64,000 nt of DNA from assembly GCF_009914755.1 (NCBI RefSeq), contig NC_060934.1. One strand, 5' to 3'. The DNA is from the human T2T-CHM13v2.0 reference genome, Homo sapiens. The notes under the pieces are model-generated. The model did no database searches, was not told where the DNA came from, and saw only the letters and a program-made list of their open reading frames with translations. Shown piece by piece: positions 1 through 14,414 of the stretch (position 1 is the stretch's first letter; each line of letters opens with the position of its first letter). Position numbers and translations under genes: made by a program.

Positions 1-2799
1 GTGGCAAGCAATAAGCAGCAACGTCAGAATTCTTTTTTATTCAGCAGGTATTTATCATGTTAAACACTGTGATGGGTGCCAGGGATAAAATCATGAAAAA
101 GAATCAGTTTGTGTCCTCATAGAACTTATTTTCTCGTGGGTACTTAAGCTGCCTAGACTGGGAAATGGCCCAGACTCTTCAGAGCTGGGTGATTCTCTCC
201 AGCATATTATTTAAAACTTTTAATTACTACATGTGACAGATAGTCACTGGCAGAAAACTGTAGAAATTAAGGTCATGAATGCTAAGTTATACCACATGTA
301 CATCTAAGCACTTAGCACATCCAGTGCCTCTGGAAGACGGTCTTCTCTTTCTCCTAGAATCAATGTCACTTCCTTATATCAATCAGGGAAGTGCTTTAAT
401 ATGCATCTTACCTTTTTAGCTCAGAAAATAATAATTTAGAGTTTGGAATTTGCTCCATTTTCAAATTGTCTGAATGCTCAGTTGTCAATTGTCTTAATGC
501 CAAAATTTCGACAACTGACCTATATTCAGTCCAGTGTACAAGTAGAGTTATTTTTTCCAAGATTGACATAGATTAGTATTATTTGCACCACATCTTAGGG
601 CAAGTTTCCTCTGCAAATAATTGTTAACATGTGAAAGTCAGACCACGGGTGTAGCTCATCTCCTGGAACAAGTTTTTGCCAACCCAAAGTGGGAATGGCT
701 TGTGGTGGGTTTAAAACCACTGTGCAATCCATTCCTGGGCCCAGCTCAGGGCCAGGCCTTGCCCATGGAACTGCCTGTGTGTGCAACACACAGTGAGACA
801 TGGCTTCGGTCCCGACCAAAACAAGCAAACAAGCATCATTACTCACAGAGTTGTTCATGGAATAATTAAACCAAAAGCAGAAATCCACGGTAAAAAAATG
901 TTTTTAAAGTCGGAAGTATGGAGACCAAACTGAAATAAAAATGGTGGAGTAGGAGGAGTCTGAATATCAACAGTCCAATATTAGAAAGAGGAACAAAAAC
1001 AGAAAACTGTTTCAAAAAGAGAGACAGGGTATGTCAGGGTCGAGGCACAGCAGTAAGAATTCAAGAATAAGGTCTTGAACACCAAGTATTTTTAAAAATT
1101 CTTGTGCCCTGACACAAAATGCAAGTCATGGCAGTATATAAAAAAGTAGAAGCAGGCTAGAAAATAACTTACATAGTTTATATGGACATGACTTGCTCTA
1201 GGAAAAAAATCTGCTTTCAGTATTCCATTCATTCTCAATTACTGAACCTCCCAGACAAGACCTCTTCTGTCTTCTCCCCTTCCTAAGGCACATTACCCCC
1301 ACCGTAATTACATAAAAATGTCTGTTAACCAAATTTTGTCCCTTTGCCTTGAGCTCCTGATGTGATTAGAAATCGTGGTGAAAGGACAGAATAATATGAA
1401 TAATTGCAACGGAGATGAATAGTTCTCTTGGTCATCCAGATGCTTAAACATATCTAGATTTTTGTCTCCATGCCAAGAAAACATTTGAGATAATTTAGTG
1501 CATTTTGCATTTTTCCTCCATGGGTGAAATCACAAATAATTTGTGCCTTTTAGCCACATTCTTTCCAAGAAATGGAAAATTTTATCCCCAAAATTAAGAT
1601 TCCCAAGATACCTAACACCTAAATCTAATTATTTCCAAATTCCCAAAGAGAATTTTTCTCCAAATAAATTTGTTCAAATAAATGTCTTTTGATGTACCAT
1701 CCATTTAGAGAAGCTTGTGATGAGCACGTTGCTTGACGAACAAGTTTTAAATAGACCAGTCTTCTTAATTCTCTGACAAAGACACAAACAAATAAGTCAA
1801 TAAATAAAAAATGAAGATAAAGTTGCATTAGGTGAACCAGTGGTCTCCAGTCTTATAACTTAAGGGGGCCTGTTGATCTTAAAACTTGACCTAATATGTA
1901 GCATGTGATGAAGTTATTTAAAGAAACGTAAAACACTAAAATTGATTAATGTTTCCTGGCTCTCTCAGTAATGTTCCAAATGATCTCTTACATGTTTCTA
2001 TTGTGGCACATGACACTTTGTCTTCTAGCTATTATTTACACATGTGGCAGGAAGCTACTCCAAATGACTAATAGATGTGCTCCTTTTCCCCCTGCTTCCT
2101 CTCCTTCCAAATCCTGAGGTTATCCCAGTCCTGTTCTTGCCTAGGACATCATGTGTCACCTATTGCCTTAGGTAGGGTAAAGTCTCAGAGAAAAACCACA
2201 GAAGCAGCATCTCTGGCCTGTGAATTTAAAAACTGAGGGGAAGCTGTAAACTGAAAGATTTGGAAGAATAGAGGAACTGTTTCCTCCTTCTCCTAACATC
2301 TACTAGACCGAGAATGGGGAATGGGGAGAGAAGAGAGATTCCAAGAAAGGGGAAAGCATAAATCGAGGAGTGAAGTCAACATGAAGAAGCAATCTACGTT
2401 CATGCATTCATGCAACTAAACATCACTAATTGCCAACACCAGGAAATTTTGTGGGGGTTGAATTTGAAACCATCAACCTTAGGATCTCCATTTGAGGACG
2501 TTGCATGTATGCAGCTGGGGAGCTGCATGGGTTTTCCTTCGCATTGTACTCCTTCGAGAAGCATCCATGGGTGGTAGCCAGCATCTCACCTGTTGATCAT
2601 CCTACAGTATGAATGCCCATCTATGTTTCAAAACTTTGCTTAGGACCTACCCCACCCCCCACCTCCAGTCTACCTACTTCCTGTTGATAGCTCTTTATTC
2701 TGTGGCCCAAGTTGTTCATAGCTATCTCTTACCCTCCAGAAACTTAGATTGGAGTTGATATTGTAGGAAGAAAGTGCTCTTACACATAAACAATTTGGA

Positions 2800-3915
2800 A
2801 ATAGATAAACATTTGTGTTTCATGTTGAGTCATTTCTGGTTTATCATACTTTTCTAGTAATTTCTTCATTTTGTTTAAGTTTTTAAAGTTGTTCACTTAT
2901 AATTGTTAATAATATTACCTTATCTTTTTAACTCTCTGCTATATCTGTAGTTGCATATTCTCTTTTTTTCCATATTATTAATGTGTGCTTTTTCTAATTT
3001 CTTGTGATTAATCTTCTCAGAGTTTGGTCTATTTTATTAGTTTCTTTAAAAAAAAACCACCCTTTTTCTTTTGTGTTTTTCTCTATTATATATTTATTTT
3101 CTATTTCATTGATTTCTACTGCTATTTTAATTATATCTTTCCTTCTACTTTTGGGGGTTTATTCTATTTTATTTCTTTTCTTGTCTCTTAAGGTGCACAT
3201 TTAGCTCTTTTTTTTTTAATTCTTCCTTTGGTTTTCTAATACAATTATTTATGGTTACATCTTTTCTTCAAAACACCATTTTTTTCTATAGCTACAAATT
3301 TTGTTAGTCTGTTAAAATATTATACAGTACTGTCTTTGAAAATCTTTATTATAATTTATTTTATAGACCATGAATTATATAGAAATTTGTTTTTTTTTTC
3401 TAAGTATGTGAGGTTTACCTATTAATATATTTAAAATGAATTTGTAACTTACACTTGTGGTCAGAAATCATGCTCTATGTGATTCTGATTCTTTGAAATG
3501 TGTGGAGGCTTTCATTATGGCTTAGTGCATGATCAATTTCTGTGTGTACTTGAAAAAAATGTATTTTCTCTATCAGATGTAGAAATCTACATGTGCCTAT
3601 TAGATCAAAAATGGTTTTTTTGTATTATTTAGATCTTCTATATCTTTGCTGATTGATGTGTCTAACTTAGTAATGGAGAGTGATATGTTGAATCACCTTC
3701 TATGATAATGAGTTAATAATTTTATTCCTACAATTATATCAATTTTGCTTTATCTATGGCAATACTTTTATTAGATGCATATATGCTTAAGATTGCTCTA
3801 TATTCTTAGTAATTTGAAACTTTCATTTGTATATAGTGATGGTCTTCATCACTAATAATATTTTTGTTTTAAAGTCTATTTCATCTGATATAAGTAGAGC
3901 CACACCACTTTCTTG
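2800..3915 (-). mobile_element. Ancient L1M (L1ME-like) fragment
   Basis: T-rich degenerate antisense L1 ORF2 sequence (e.g. tgtggtcagaaatcatgctctatgtgattctgattctttgaaat); boundaries approximate. Confidence 0.6.
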
Positions 3916-3997
3916 GGCAGCTACACCAGTTCAAGATCTTGTCCCTACCACTTACCTTCCGAAGAAAATGTTTTGGAAATAATCCCCCAACAAATGC

Positions 3998-4070
3998 ATG
4001 TACACATCCACACACACACACACACAAATACATCCACATCCACATCCACACACACACACATCCACACTCA
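3998..4070. repeat. (CA)n / (CACATC)n compound microsatellite
   Basis: Directly visible. Confidence 0.9.
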
Positions 4071-4559
4071 TAGACAGATATATGCCTCCCCACCGGACAA
4101 ACCGAATTTTAACTCTGGAAAGTTTAGAGAGCACTTGGGATGAATCATGTTAGGCAGGTTTATGTTATGCTATTATTGTGCTTCCTTGTTCCCGTTACTC
4201 CCCTTCCTTTTCTAGAAACGAAGTGCTTTTAATACTATTGTATGCTATTAACAAATAGTTTAACTCTCACATATGCATGTTCCAATTCACCAGCTAGACT
4301 TTTTGATAGGAGTCCTAGACAGTCAAATTCTATGACCTGATATTCCCCATATATTCTGGCATAATAATATGAGCAGGTGTTCCCCTCTCTGACCAGAGTT
4401 GAGGCTGCTGATACCCTGTTTTCAGCTGAAAGTTGCTCCAACTTCTGCCTCTTTGAATTGTGCTCCCTTTTTAAAGGTCTTTCTTCTCTTCATCCTTTCT
4501 GTTTTGTGCCTATAAACTCACCTTCTGCCCAGCTCTTTTTTTCTTTATGTTTCATGTTT

Positions 4560-5060
4560 TAATTTTGAAGATAATTTTAATTATAAAATTATATTAATAA
4601 TGAATAATGTAAATAAGATATTTTAAATACAGAAAAAATTTAATATCTCCAGCAATCACACCTCTTAGAGACCACCATTACTAATATTTTGCTATATCCC
4701 CCCAATGATTCATATATATATATATACTTTTTTTTCATTACCAAACTGCCATTACTTTCTACATTCTGCTTTATGGCTTTCTTCTTACTTAAGATTATAT
4801 CATAAGTATTTTATCATGGCAATAACTACAGTTAAGGACATGTCTTTATGTTAGCATTTGGTTGCAATTCTTTTTCAATCATATAGCTATACCAGAAGTT
4901 ATTTAATTTATGTTCTATTCTTGGACATTTGGGCTGTTACCAATTTATTGATATTACAATGCTGATATGAACATGCTTGCTTGTAAATTCTTGTATCCAT
5001 CTCTGATTGGTTCCTTATGACAAAGTCTTAGAAGTGAATGTTAACCAAGTGTTTTTCCTT
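4560..5060 (-). mobile_element. Ancient L1ME 3'-end fragment
   Basis: ttggacatttgggctgttaccaattt...atgctgatatgaacat motif of old antisense L1 3' ends. Confidence 0.5.
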
Positions 5061-6014
5061 TTTTAAATTTCACCGGGTTGCTATGTTTTGTATCATTCCC
5101 TTTGACAAGTGACCATCAACTTAGGCTTCTACAATATTGCATCCCAGCCAGAGTCTATGGCCCCATCAGGCTTCAGTTTGGGAAAAGAGAAGAAATGCAT
5201 AGCAGATGCTCCTTTAAATTTTATTCATGTGTAAGTCTTCTCGAGGTCATAAATGTAGCCTATCCATTTACAACATCAAATTCATAGCAAGAAATAGTGA
5301 GAAAAGATCCTTTATAACCCTCCTTGACTAGCACCTAATGATATGGGAGCACTGGCCACTTTTTCAGTCGTCTTGTGCCTGGTTATGAAAATTATGGTTA
5401 AACGTCATGACTTTGAGATAATTTGAAGCATCTGGAATCCAAGTTTGTTTCTTCTTTTAATCTAGGTACATTTGCTGGCATCTCCTGATGTTCTGTCTTT
5501 CCATAGTTAAAATTTGGGCTGAGCTTTAAGGAAATTAAGGAAAGACTACTTTCACCTTTTGAGGCTCCCACTGTTCTGATAGGCAAGCTTGAATAGCTAG
5601 GCTACAGGACAGCGCATTTTTCATTTTCCCATTTGGGACCAGAATTGCAGCCTATATGCAATTACCAAGACTAGTCTCTGAGGCAGTAGTCTCTGACCAT
5701 CCACTTCAACTGCACTCCTGCATGATGCCCTTACATTTCTGTTGTCTGTGTTGAGGAAAATCTGGGACATGAACGCATGTGGTAAACTACAGAACAATAG
5801 TAATAAAATAGTTTTCATTTGTGAAACCCTTCTTTGTTCTAGAAGCTGTACTCTATAGTTTACAGGCCATCTCCTTCAGTACTGTCATCACCAAGAGGTG
5901 GATATTATTGTCCCTTCCATTTTACAAGTGAGAAAATTGAGGCCAAGTTAGGTGGGTAGTTTAATATAAGACTCTGCCTCAGGAGAGGTATGCAGGATTA
6001 AAAATAAATTTAGA

Positions 6015-6355
<341 letters not shown>

Positions 6356-6659
6356 AAAATAAATTTAGAAACTCACAGCTCACAGCCCACACAGATACCA
6401 TGGACTTTCACTTTCCATGGTTGCATCAGAATAACATATGAAATAGAAAGTGAAAGAACTAAAGACAGAACTTTGAGCAACATCAATATTTAAGTGGCAG
6501 GAGGAGATAGATGAGTCAATGAAGGTGACTACAAAGAAACAGTCACATTAAAGAAGAACTGGAAGAAAATGAAAAAGGAGCAGTGGTTTTCAAAAAGGGA
6601 GGAGATGTCAACAAATATCACCAAACACCAGAGTAATAACATAAGGTCTAGAGATGTCT

Positions 6660-7110
6660 TTTATTCAAATGTCCATCAGTAGGAAAATGTATGAATAAAA
6701 TGTGTTATATTTGCATATATTTGACTAGTTATTATATAGCAGTAAAAATTAATGAAATCAATTGACATGCAACAGTATGGATGAATCTTAGCAATATAAC
6801 ATTAATTGAAAACAGTTTCTAGGAGAATTATACATAGTATGATACTCTTTTAAAAAATGTTCAAAACTAAAATAAAGGAGTGATGAACATAGCATTTAAT
6901 ATAATGAGTTACCTGGGTGAAGGGAGTAAGGGGAATGAAATGGTGGTTTGAGCATAGTTAGGGGTAGGTTATTTTTGAGGCCTTGACTTCTATTTCATTG
7001 CTATATTTTAAAAATACTTTATCAAAATTAACTAAAGGTAAATGGGCATTGAATGACCAATAATAAATATGGCATGAACCAGGATTATGACTGACCTAAT
7101 TCTGTTCATT
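6660..7110 (+). mobile_element. Old L1M 3'-end fragment within L2-like sequence
   Basis: aaatgtccatcagtagga...catgcaacagtatggatgaatctt L1M motifs. Confidence 0.55.
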
Positions 7111-7369
7111 GAAGGAACAAGAGAAAGGGCGAGAGAGTGGAGATGAAAGGGAAAAAACATGTCTCTTGGATTGAGCAAGCTGGAAGTTAGTCACCAGTGT
7201 CCCTAAGCAACACTTTCAGAGGACTGCAGAAACAGAAGACAATTTGCAATGTAGAAAGTGTAAGTAGTGCCCATGTTTTGAAAAGGTTGGTTGAGAAGTA
7301 AAAGGAGGAGGTAGAATGTTGAAGGGGGAGTACGGAACAGCCCGGTGGCCTCTAGGCCAGACTTCCTGG

Positions 7370-7530
7370 GTCCGATTCCTAGCTCTGACATTAATTAATA
7401 AACTAGGTGACTTCAGGAAGGTTACTTGACTTCTCTGTGTCTCAGATGTCTCAAATATGAAACTGAGAAAGGGAATGTTTAATAGTGTCACTGTGAATAT
7501 TAAATGAGTTGTGAAAAAATTGGAACAATA
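7370..7530. mobile_element. MIR
   Basis: ctaggtgacttcaggaaggttacttgacttctctgtgtctcag MIR core. Confidence 0.6.
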
Positions 7531-7895
7531 CCTTATGTGTTTGCTAGATAAGCATTGCTAGAGGAGATGCAGAGTAAAGGAAGTTTTGTTTTGTTTTTTA
7601 AATTTTAAAATGAACGATATTGGAGAAAAAGTTTGACTCTAGAAGAGAAATGAAGTAATTAATGGAGTAAGGTCCTGGAAGAGGCAGGCAGGAATGGAGT
7701 CTAGAGGACAGATAAAGAGATTTTTTTCTGGATAGGGAGAAGATCAGAACTTGTCCTAAGAATAGAGAAAAGGAGTGGTGAGTGCAGGAGGAGAGACTTG
7801 AAGAGGCAGCATAGGAGAGAGGTTCTAGGATAGGAAGTTTGCCCCTAGAGAATAGTCATTATTATTCTCTAGGACAAGTGTGCAGAGACACTTGC

Positions 7896-8028
7896 AGCTA
7901 AAAGAGAGGATTTTAAATGTTCTCACCAAAAAGAAAAGATAAATATATGAGGTGATGGATATGCCAATTTGACTGATTTAATTATTCCACAATATATACA
8001 TGTATTGAAACATCACCTTGTGCTCCAT
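7896..8028 (+). repeat. 133-bp L1MA piece, near copy of 9722-10131 without the Alu
   Basis: 9 mismatches in 133 bp against the Alu-removed donor. Confidence 0.85.
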
Positions 8029-8178
8029 TCCAGAACTTGCTGGAATGTCCACCATGAGTACTGAGAGAGGAAGCTTATTAGGGGCACACACATTCACACA
8101 CAAAAAAATTGGGGAGTGGTGGTGAATATCCACTCAAGTTGGATACAAGCAATTATACTAATACCAATGCCCATAACT

Positions 8179-8179
<1 letters not shown>

Positions 8180-8218
<39 letters not shown>
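8180..8218. repeat. (TG)n microsatellite
   Basis: Directly visible. Confidence 0.95.
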
Positions 8219-8220
<2 letters not shown>

Positions 8221-8919
8221 CAATAAGTGGTTGTAGAAGGCAGACAGTTGGATGGTGGATGGCACCCAGGTTTAGTACTTACAGGTTGGATATTTAGGGC
8301 AGAAAAGAGAGCTGGGATGTTGGAGATTCTGGCAGGAGGATGAAGTGGATTAAACAATACCTCATGGATAAAGCTTGCACACATAAAGAAGTAAAGTAGG
8401 AGGGGGTGGCATTTGGGCAAAAAAGGCAGTTGCAGAGGGACTAGTAAACTTCATTTGCTTAAAGTGACATCTTACGAATAACAGAGTTAAAGGGAGAAGA
8501 GGCTATGATCAGAAAACAGCATACTAGTTTCTGCTGCAGAACATCTCCAGTTGATGTAAAGAACAAGTATGACCATAGAAAAATAGAGAAGAATGAAAGT
8601 AAAGGCCATTGTAATCATGAAAATCAAGGAAACTTGAAGTGAGGAAGTTGCTTCAGTAATTCCTCCACCATCTTATATACACAACAGAGGACTCTACCCT
8701 GCCTACCAGCAGGGTGCCAGCTGCTTACTGGTAACAGCTGTGGTGGCAGAATGGACCTTTCTCATGGAAATAGTCATTGTCTTCTCAGTAAGCTAATGAC
8801 ATGATGCAATCAAAAGGAAATGGAGTGCGAGCTTACAGTCTGATGAATCTTCAGACCTCTTGGATGAGGACAGCTAATGATGCAAGTCAAGGGCGCAGCT
8901 GGAGACCCACAGAAGGCAC

Positions 8920-9000
8920 AGCAGTGAGTCACGTGAGCTCCTCAGAACCGGCCACCAGAACTTCACCACCCGCCCTCACACATGGCGGGCGGAAGTTCTA
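8920..9000. promoter_or_regulatory. Candidate cis-regulatory element (AP-1/E-box, GC boxes, YY1-like, ETS)
   Basis: TGAGTCA 8925-8931 overlapping CACGTG 8930-8935; CCCGCC 8969; CATGGCGG 8981; CGGAAGT 8990-8996; local CpG retention. Confidence 0.45.
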
Positions 9001-9489
9001 AAAATGTCCCAGAAGGGGACTCAGTCCCAAAGGCAGAACCGCTTCTGGCAGACTGCATCGTCCCTCCCTAAGTGCTTTTGGAAATGTGGGAACAGACATT
9101 TTCTCTGGTCTCCGGAAGAACGTATGAAGACTAAACTGCTGTGGGTTTGGGAAAAACTGATGTCAGAGATGCTTATTTTCTCTAGTCACTGGAACTCATT
9201 CAAATCAGTAAATGCTTTTTGCTGAGCTTTTCCCATTTCCTTGAACGTAGGAGATCAAACCTCACCAACACGACTGCCTCCACCCAGCTACACAATGCAG
9301 CCCTCAGAAACAGATGTTCTCAGTTCCGGTTAAAGTTAGTATTTAGTAACCCTGCTCTCTTAAAGACTCCAACTGTTGCCACCCACAGAGCACACAGATT
9401 TTCCACCCATATAAGAAGATATGGAGGGAATATTGGGGAGAGGGGAAGGGCAATGTTTTATGCTTCTGTGCAATGGAAAATATGAATCC

Positions 9490-9640
9490 CAGAACCTGTT
9501 AGATTTGAATGTGAATCCTGGCTCTATTATCTTAAGAAATTAACCTCTTTCAGCCTCAATTTCTTCATCTGGAAAATGGAAACAATAATATTTTATAGAA
9601 TTAATGACAGGATTAATCATGATAATATGTGTAAAATGCT
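9490..9640. mobile_element. MIR
   Basis: gaatcctggctct...cagcctcaatttcttcatctggaaaatggaaacaata. Confidence 0.65.
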
Positions 9641-9644
9641 GTGT

Positions 9645-10160
9645 ATGGTAGGAAGAGTAAGTTCTGATGTTCTATTACACCACACAGTGACTGCAGTTAA
9701 CAATAATGTATATTTCAAAATAGCTAAAAGAGAGGATTTTTTTTTTTTTTTTTAGACAGAGTCTCGCTCTGTTGCCCAGGCTGGAGTGCACTCGGCTCAC
9801 TGCAAACTCCACCTCCCAGGTTCAAGCGATTTTCTTGCCTCAGCTTCCTGTAGCTGGTATTACAGGCACATGTCACCACTACCGGCTAGTTTTTGTACTT
9901 CTAGTAGAGACATGGTTTCACCATGTTTGTCAAGCTGGTCTCGAACTCTTGACCTGGTGATCTACCCACCTCAGCCTCCCAAAGTGCTGGGATTACAGGC
10001 ATGAGCCACCGCGTTTTAAATGTTCTCACGAAAAAGAAATGATAAATATTTGAGGTGATGGATATGCCAATTTGACTGACTTGATCATTCCACAATATAT
10101 GCGTGTATTGAAACATCACCTTGTACTCCATAAATATATGTAAATATTATTTGCCAATTA
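9645..10160 (+). mobile_element. L1MA 3' end interrupted by an Alu
   Basis: agtaagttctgatgttctatt...gaggtgatggatatgcc...aattaaaaataaaa. Confidence 0.8.
9737..10013 (-). mobile_element. AluS (slightly 5'-truncated, small internal deletion)
   Basis: Poly-T followed by antisense Alu ending gagccaccgcg. Confidence 0.95.
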
Positions 10161-10723
10161 AAAATAAAACAGATTAAAAATAGTAGGTGATCAGGTAATG
10201 AGCCTACATATTCTCCTCATATTACTTTTTATAAGTGGCATGTCCTGGGGACAGTGACATGGCAGGATATAACATGTCACCTTATATTCTGCTATTAAAT
10301 TCCTAAGACTATAATATACTCATAATTTCTCTCCTGTGAGTTGATTTTTACATTCTTTCAATTGTTACTTATTTCCCAGTTGACCTCTACCTCCTTGCAT
10401 GATTCTTCATCTTCTGTCTTTAGATGGTGTTTACCATAGGAAGACAAGCTCTTTGGGATACCAGTCTCTGGAATACTAGCCAACAGCAATGCTAGATACT
10501 ATGTCACTGCCGAACTCATGCAGTGCACACTCAAGGGTTTTTGAGTTATTAATCCTTTTGAAATTACCTTCACAATATCAAAAACTCACTAGAAATGCAT
10601 GTTAATATAAGACTAGCTTTTTAAAAATATGTGATCTTGTTAGAAATGTGAGCATCATATATGCAAACAAAGTTATTTACATATTATAGTTAATTATCCT
10701 TCAGAGTTAGAAATCAATTAGGA

Positions 10724-10893
10724 CAGGAGTTCTCAAACTTTGCTGCACACTGGATTCACATGGGGACCTTTAAGAAATACAGGTTTCTCTTTGCCACTTT
10801 CAGACATCTGTAACTCAATTATTACAAGGCATGACCTGAGCATCTGGATTTTTCCAGATAACTCTAACATGCAGCAAAGTCTGGGAACTGCTG
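10724..10893. mobile_element. MER5A-like hAT-Charlie MITE
   Basis: caggagttctcaaactt...gcagcaaagtctgggaactgctg termini. Confidence 0.75.
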
Positions 10894-11222
10894 TTAGTGG
10901 CTATTATGCACCCAAGGACCATCGTTAAAAGATGCTTACATCTGTACACGTGTGTTTATATTAATGCTACTCAGCTTGCATTCACTGATTCATTCAATAA
11001 ATATTTGTATAAGACATTAGGAGATACAATGTTGTTAAAATATATTATTTTTAAGAGTACTACTTCCTCACAGTTGGTTACATAATTAGGGAAAACACCT
11101 TATTCAAGATGCAGCATAAAATCTATTAGTCAAGAAGAGGACTTTTTTCAGTAAAAAGATAAGCCTTACCAACTATATGACAAAATAGTCTGCTATCAGA
11201 CTTACCTCTTTCTCTCTCTCTC

Positions 11223-11896
<674 letters not shown>

Positions 11897-11919
11897 TAAA
11901 GCCAAGTTGAGTGAAGGGT

Positions 11920-11950
<31 letters not shown>
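11920..11950. repeat. (TG)n microsatellite
   Basis: Directly visible. Confidence 0.9.
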
Positions 11951-12269
11951 TCGCTCAGGTACAGCAAGGCTTACTTATAGCTTATAAAAGCCACGGTGAC
12001 ACATTTCCCAGTTTCCTCCTACTCTACCTGTCTCTATTTTCTCCTCCTGTGCTACTCATCCTCAATCCCTTTTCACCTTCCATTTCTCTCTGCCTCATCC
12101 CCACTTTCCATAGAAATGAGAGAGCACTCATCATGCACAAGATTATGGAATGAATGACTGTCCACATCTTTCCACCTTGTGTATTTGCCTGGAGATGTGG
12201 TGGGAGATTAAAAAGTTGGAATAAACTGAAAATGGGCATTGGAGCAAAAATAGCTTGTTAATTTAACAT

Positions 12270-12885
12270 GCGATATTTGTATTTTTGTGCATGACTTATG
12301 TCACTTAACATAATGGCCTCCAAGCGCATTCATGTTGCTGCAAATGAGAAGAATTTCATTCCTTTTTATGGCTGAATATTATTGCATTGTGTGTGTATAT
12401 GTTATATATATATATGTTATATATATAATATACATATATATGTTATACATATAATATACATATATGTTATACATATTATATACATATATATGTTATACAT
12501 ATTATATACATATATATGTTATACATATTATATACATATATATGTTATATGTATTATATACATATATGTTTTATATGTATTATATACATATATGTTTTAT
12601 ATATATATTATGTACATATATATGTTTTATATATATAATATTTTCTTTGTCAATTCATCCATTGACAGACACAAGTTGCTTCCATATGTTGGCTGTTGTG
12701 AATAGTGCCGCAATAAACATGAGAAGTAGTTATCTCTTTGATATACTGATTTTCCTTCTTTTGGCTGTATATCCAGCAGTGGGATTGCTCAATCTTATGG
12801 CAGTTCTAGTTTTAGTTGCCTTAGGAACCTCCATACTATTTTCCACAGTGGCTGTACTAATTTACATTCCCACTAACTGCCACAA
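12270..12885 (-). mobile_element. L1MA fragment containing a TA-rich minisatellite
   Basis: cacttaacataatggcctcc...catgttgctgcaaatga...ggaacctccatact...tttacattcccactaac. Confidence 0.85.
12395..12640. repeat. AT-rich minisatellite, about 24-26-bp unit (tatacatatatatgttatacatatta-like), about 9-10 copies
   Basis: Directly visible tandem array. Confidence 0.9.
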
Positions 12886-14414
12886 AGTATTTTGGCTGCT
12901 CGTTTTGGTGTTGTTAGGAAGGAGAATGCTAGTAGAGCTTGAATGTTGGCATAACTGATGAACCAGTGAAAAGCTTAGGAATGTTATGAAACAGAGAGAC
13001 CAAAAGCAAGTAGCTATGGTTGTTTTTAAGAGCCTACCCCTATTCAATCCATTAGATGTGGGTTCACATATCAGTACAATTAGCTTGATATTTAGTTCCC
13101 TGTTTTCAGGACCTCTCATTCTCCAGTTCAAGGAAAAGTAGGCTATAAAAAGCAGAACAACGCATTTTCTTAGTACTAACTTCCTTTGTTCTAAGAATAC
13201 TTTTGTAATACTTTCGTTTAATCAAGAGTATGTGACCTTTCACGTTAATTATCAAGAATGGAACAAATAATTTTTTAAGTAAATTCAAATCATTTCGGTA
13301 TACTTTTCAAAGGAGGAATCTGGGTTGTTTATAATAGCAGTTATGCATATCCAGAGATACCTTTTGTCATTCACACGAATCTGTAGGCTAATCTTTAATT
13401 TTCCCTGTCTGGAAAGAACACGTAGAAGATAATGCTGTCATGCTCTGGCTTTCTTTTTTACATAAAACCTATGGGAGGCAAAATTTCTGAATTATCCAAA
13501 GAGAAATAACCAGGTCGACAGAACACTACCATTTAGCTTGAAAGGCATTACAAGTATCCTCTTGCATAATTTAGATATTTCAGCTCAAGCAGGCTTGGTG
13601 ATCTTTCAAATATGAGTCATGCTTAGGAGAGAGATGTCAAACATAAATTTGAAGGGGTCCTAAGGACACATAGTTCGCAGCCTAGCCATCTCTGAAAACA
13701 ATTATTAATTTAAAACTCAAAGAACCTTTGGAGCTTCTGTACCAGCAGAGCCTCTGCAGGGGTTGCTTTCTTACTCTGCTTGGTTGCTTAGACATGAGGA
13801 CAATATCTCCTTGGCTTTCTAAACCGGACTGCCAGCATTCAAATCTGGCTATTCAAGGGGCTAACTGGACTAGTACATGTCCGCAGCGGGCCCTGGGAGG
13901 CTGCAGAATGGGAAGTTGTTAAAACGTCAACTGCAGCAGAGATTCCAAAGTGACCTAAAGGAAATTCGAATTTCTTCTGCCCCATTTCCTATATGCTCAA
14001 AGTCAAGGCCCTGTTCTGTGTCACTGTCTCCTGTCTGCAAAGAAGCATCATTTAGTGGTGGCCCTCCTCGCCTCAGCTTCCCTCTTCAAGCTTTCTCTCT
14101 TACAAGTACTGCCACAGCTTGTCACGCCAAAGCATTTCATGGTCATCTTTTTTGAGGAGCAAAATAGTTTCCTACACATGTACGACCTGCTAGAAGAGGC
14201 TAGTCCTTTCCTATAACCAAAACAATTGGGTGTTTTTACTCATAGAATGCTTTTTTCACTTGTCCTTTTAAAAACAAACAAACAAACAAACAAAGAACTT
14301 GCTCCTGTGTCCACACCAAACATACTTGACATACTAGGCTATACTATATGTTAGAGAGTGTGCTGGTGTTTTTTGTCTCTATGAAATAAACTATTTATGC
14401 CCATATATATATAT

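Noticed and set aside
595-888. Overlapping 97-aa and 82-aa ORFs
   Set aside because: No recognisable homology and only weak splice signals
3950-3958. Consensus minus-strand splice donors (also at about 11200 and 58078)
   Set aside because: No matching acceptors or coding frames; a few such 9-mers are expected by chance
8705-8720. CTCF-like motifs (also at about 40650 and 46525)
   Set aside because: Mismatches at core positions
12382-12958. 107-aa and 164-aa Y/I-rich ORFs
   Set aside because: Translation of the TA minisatellite plus antisense L1
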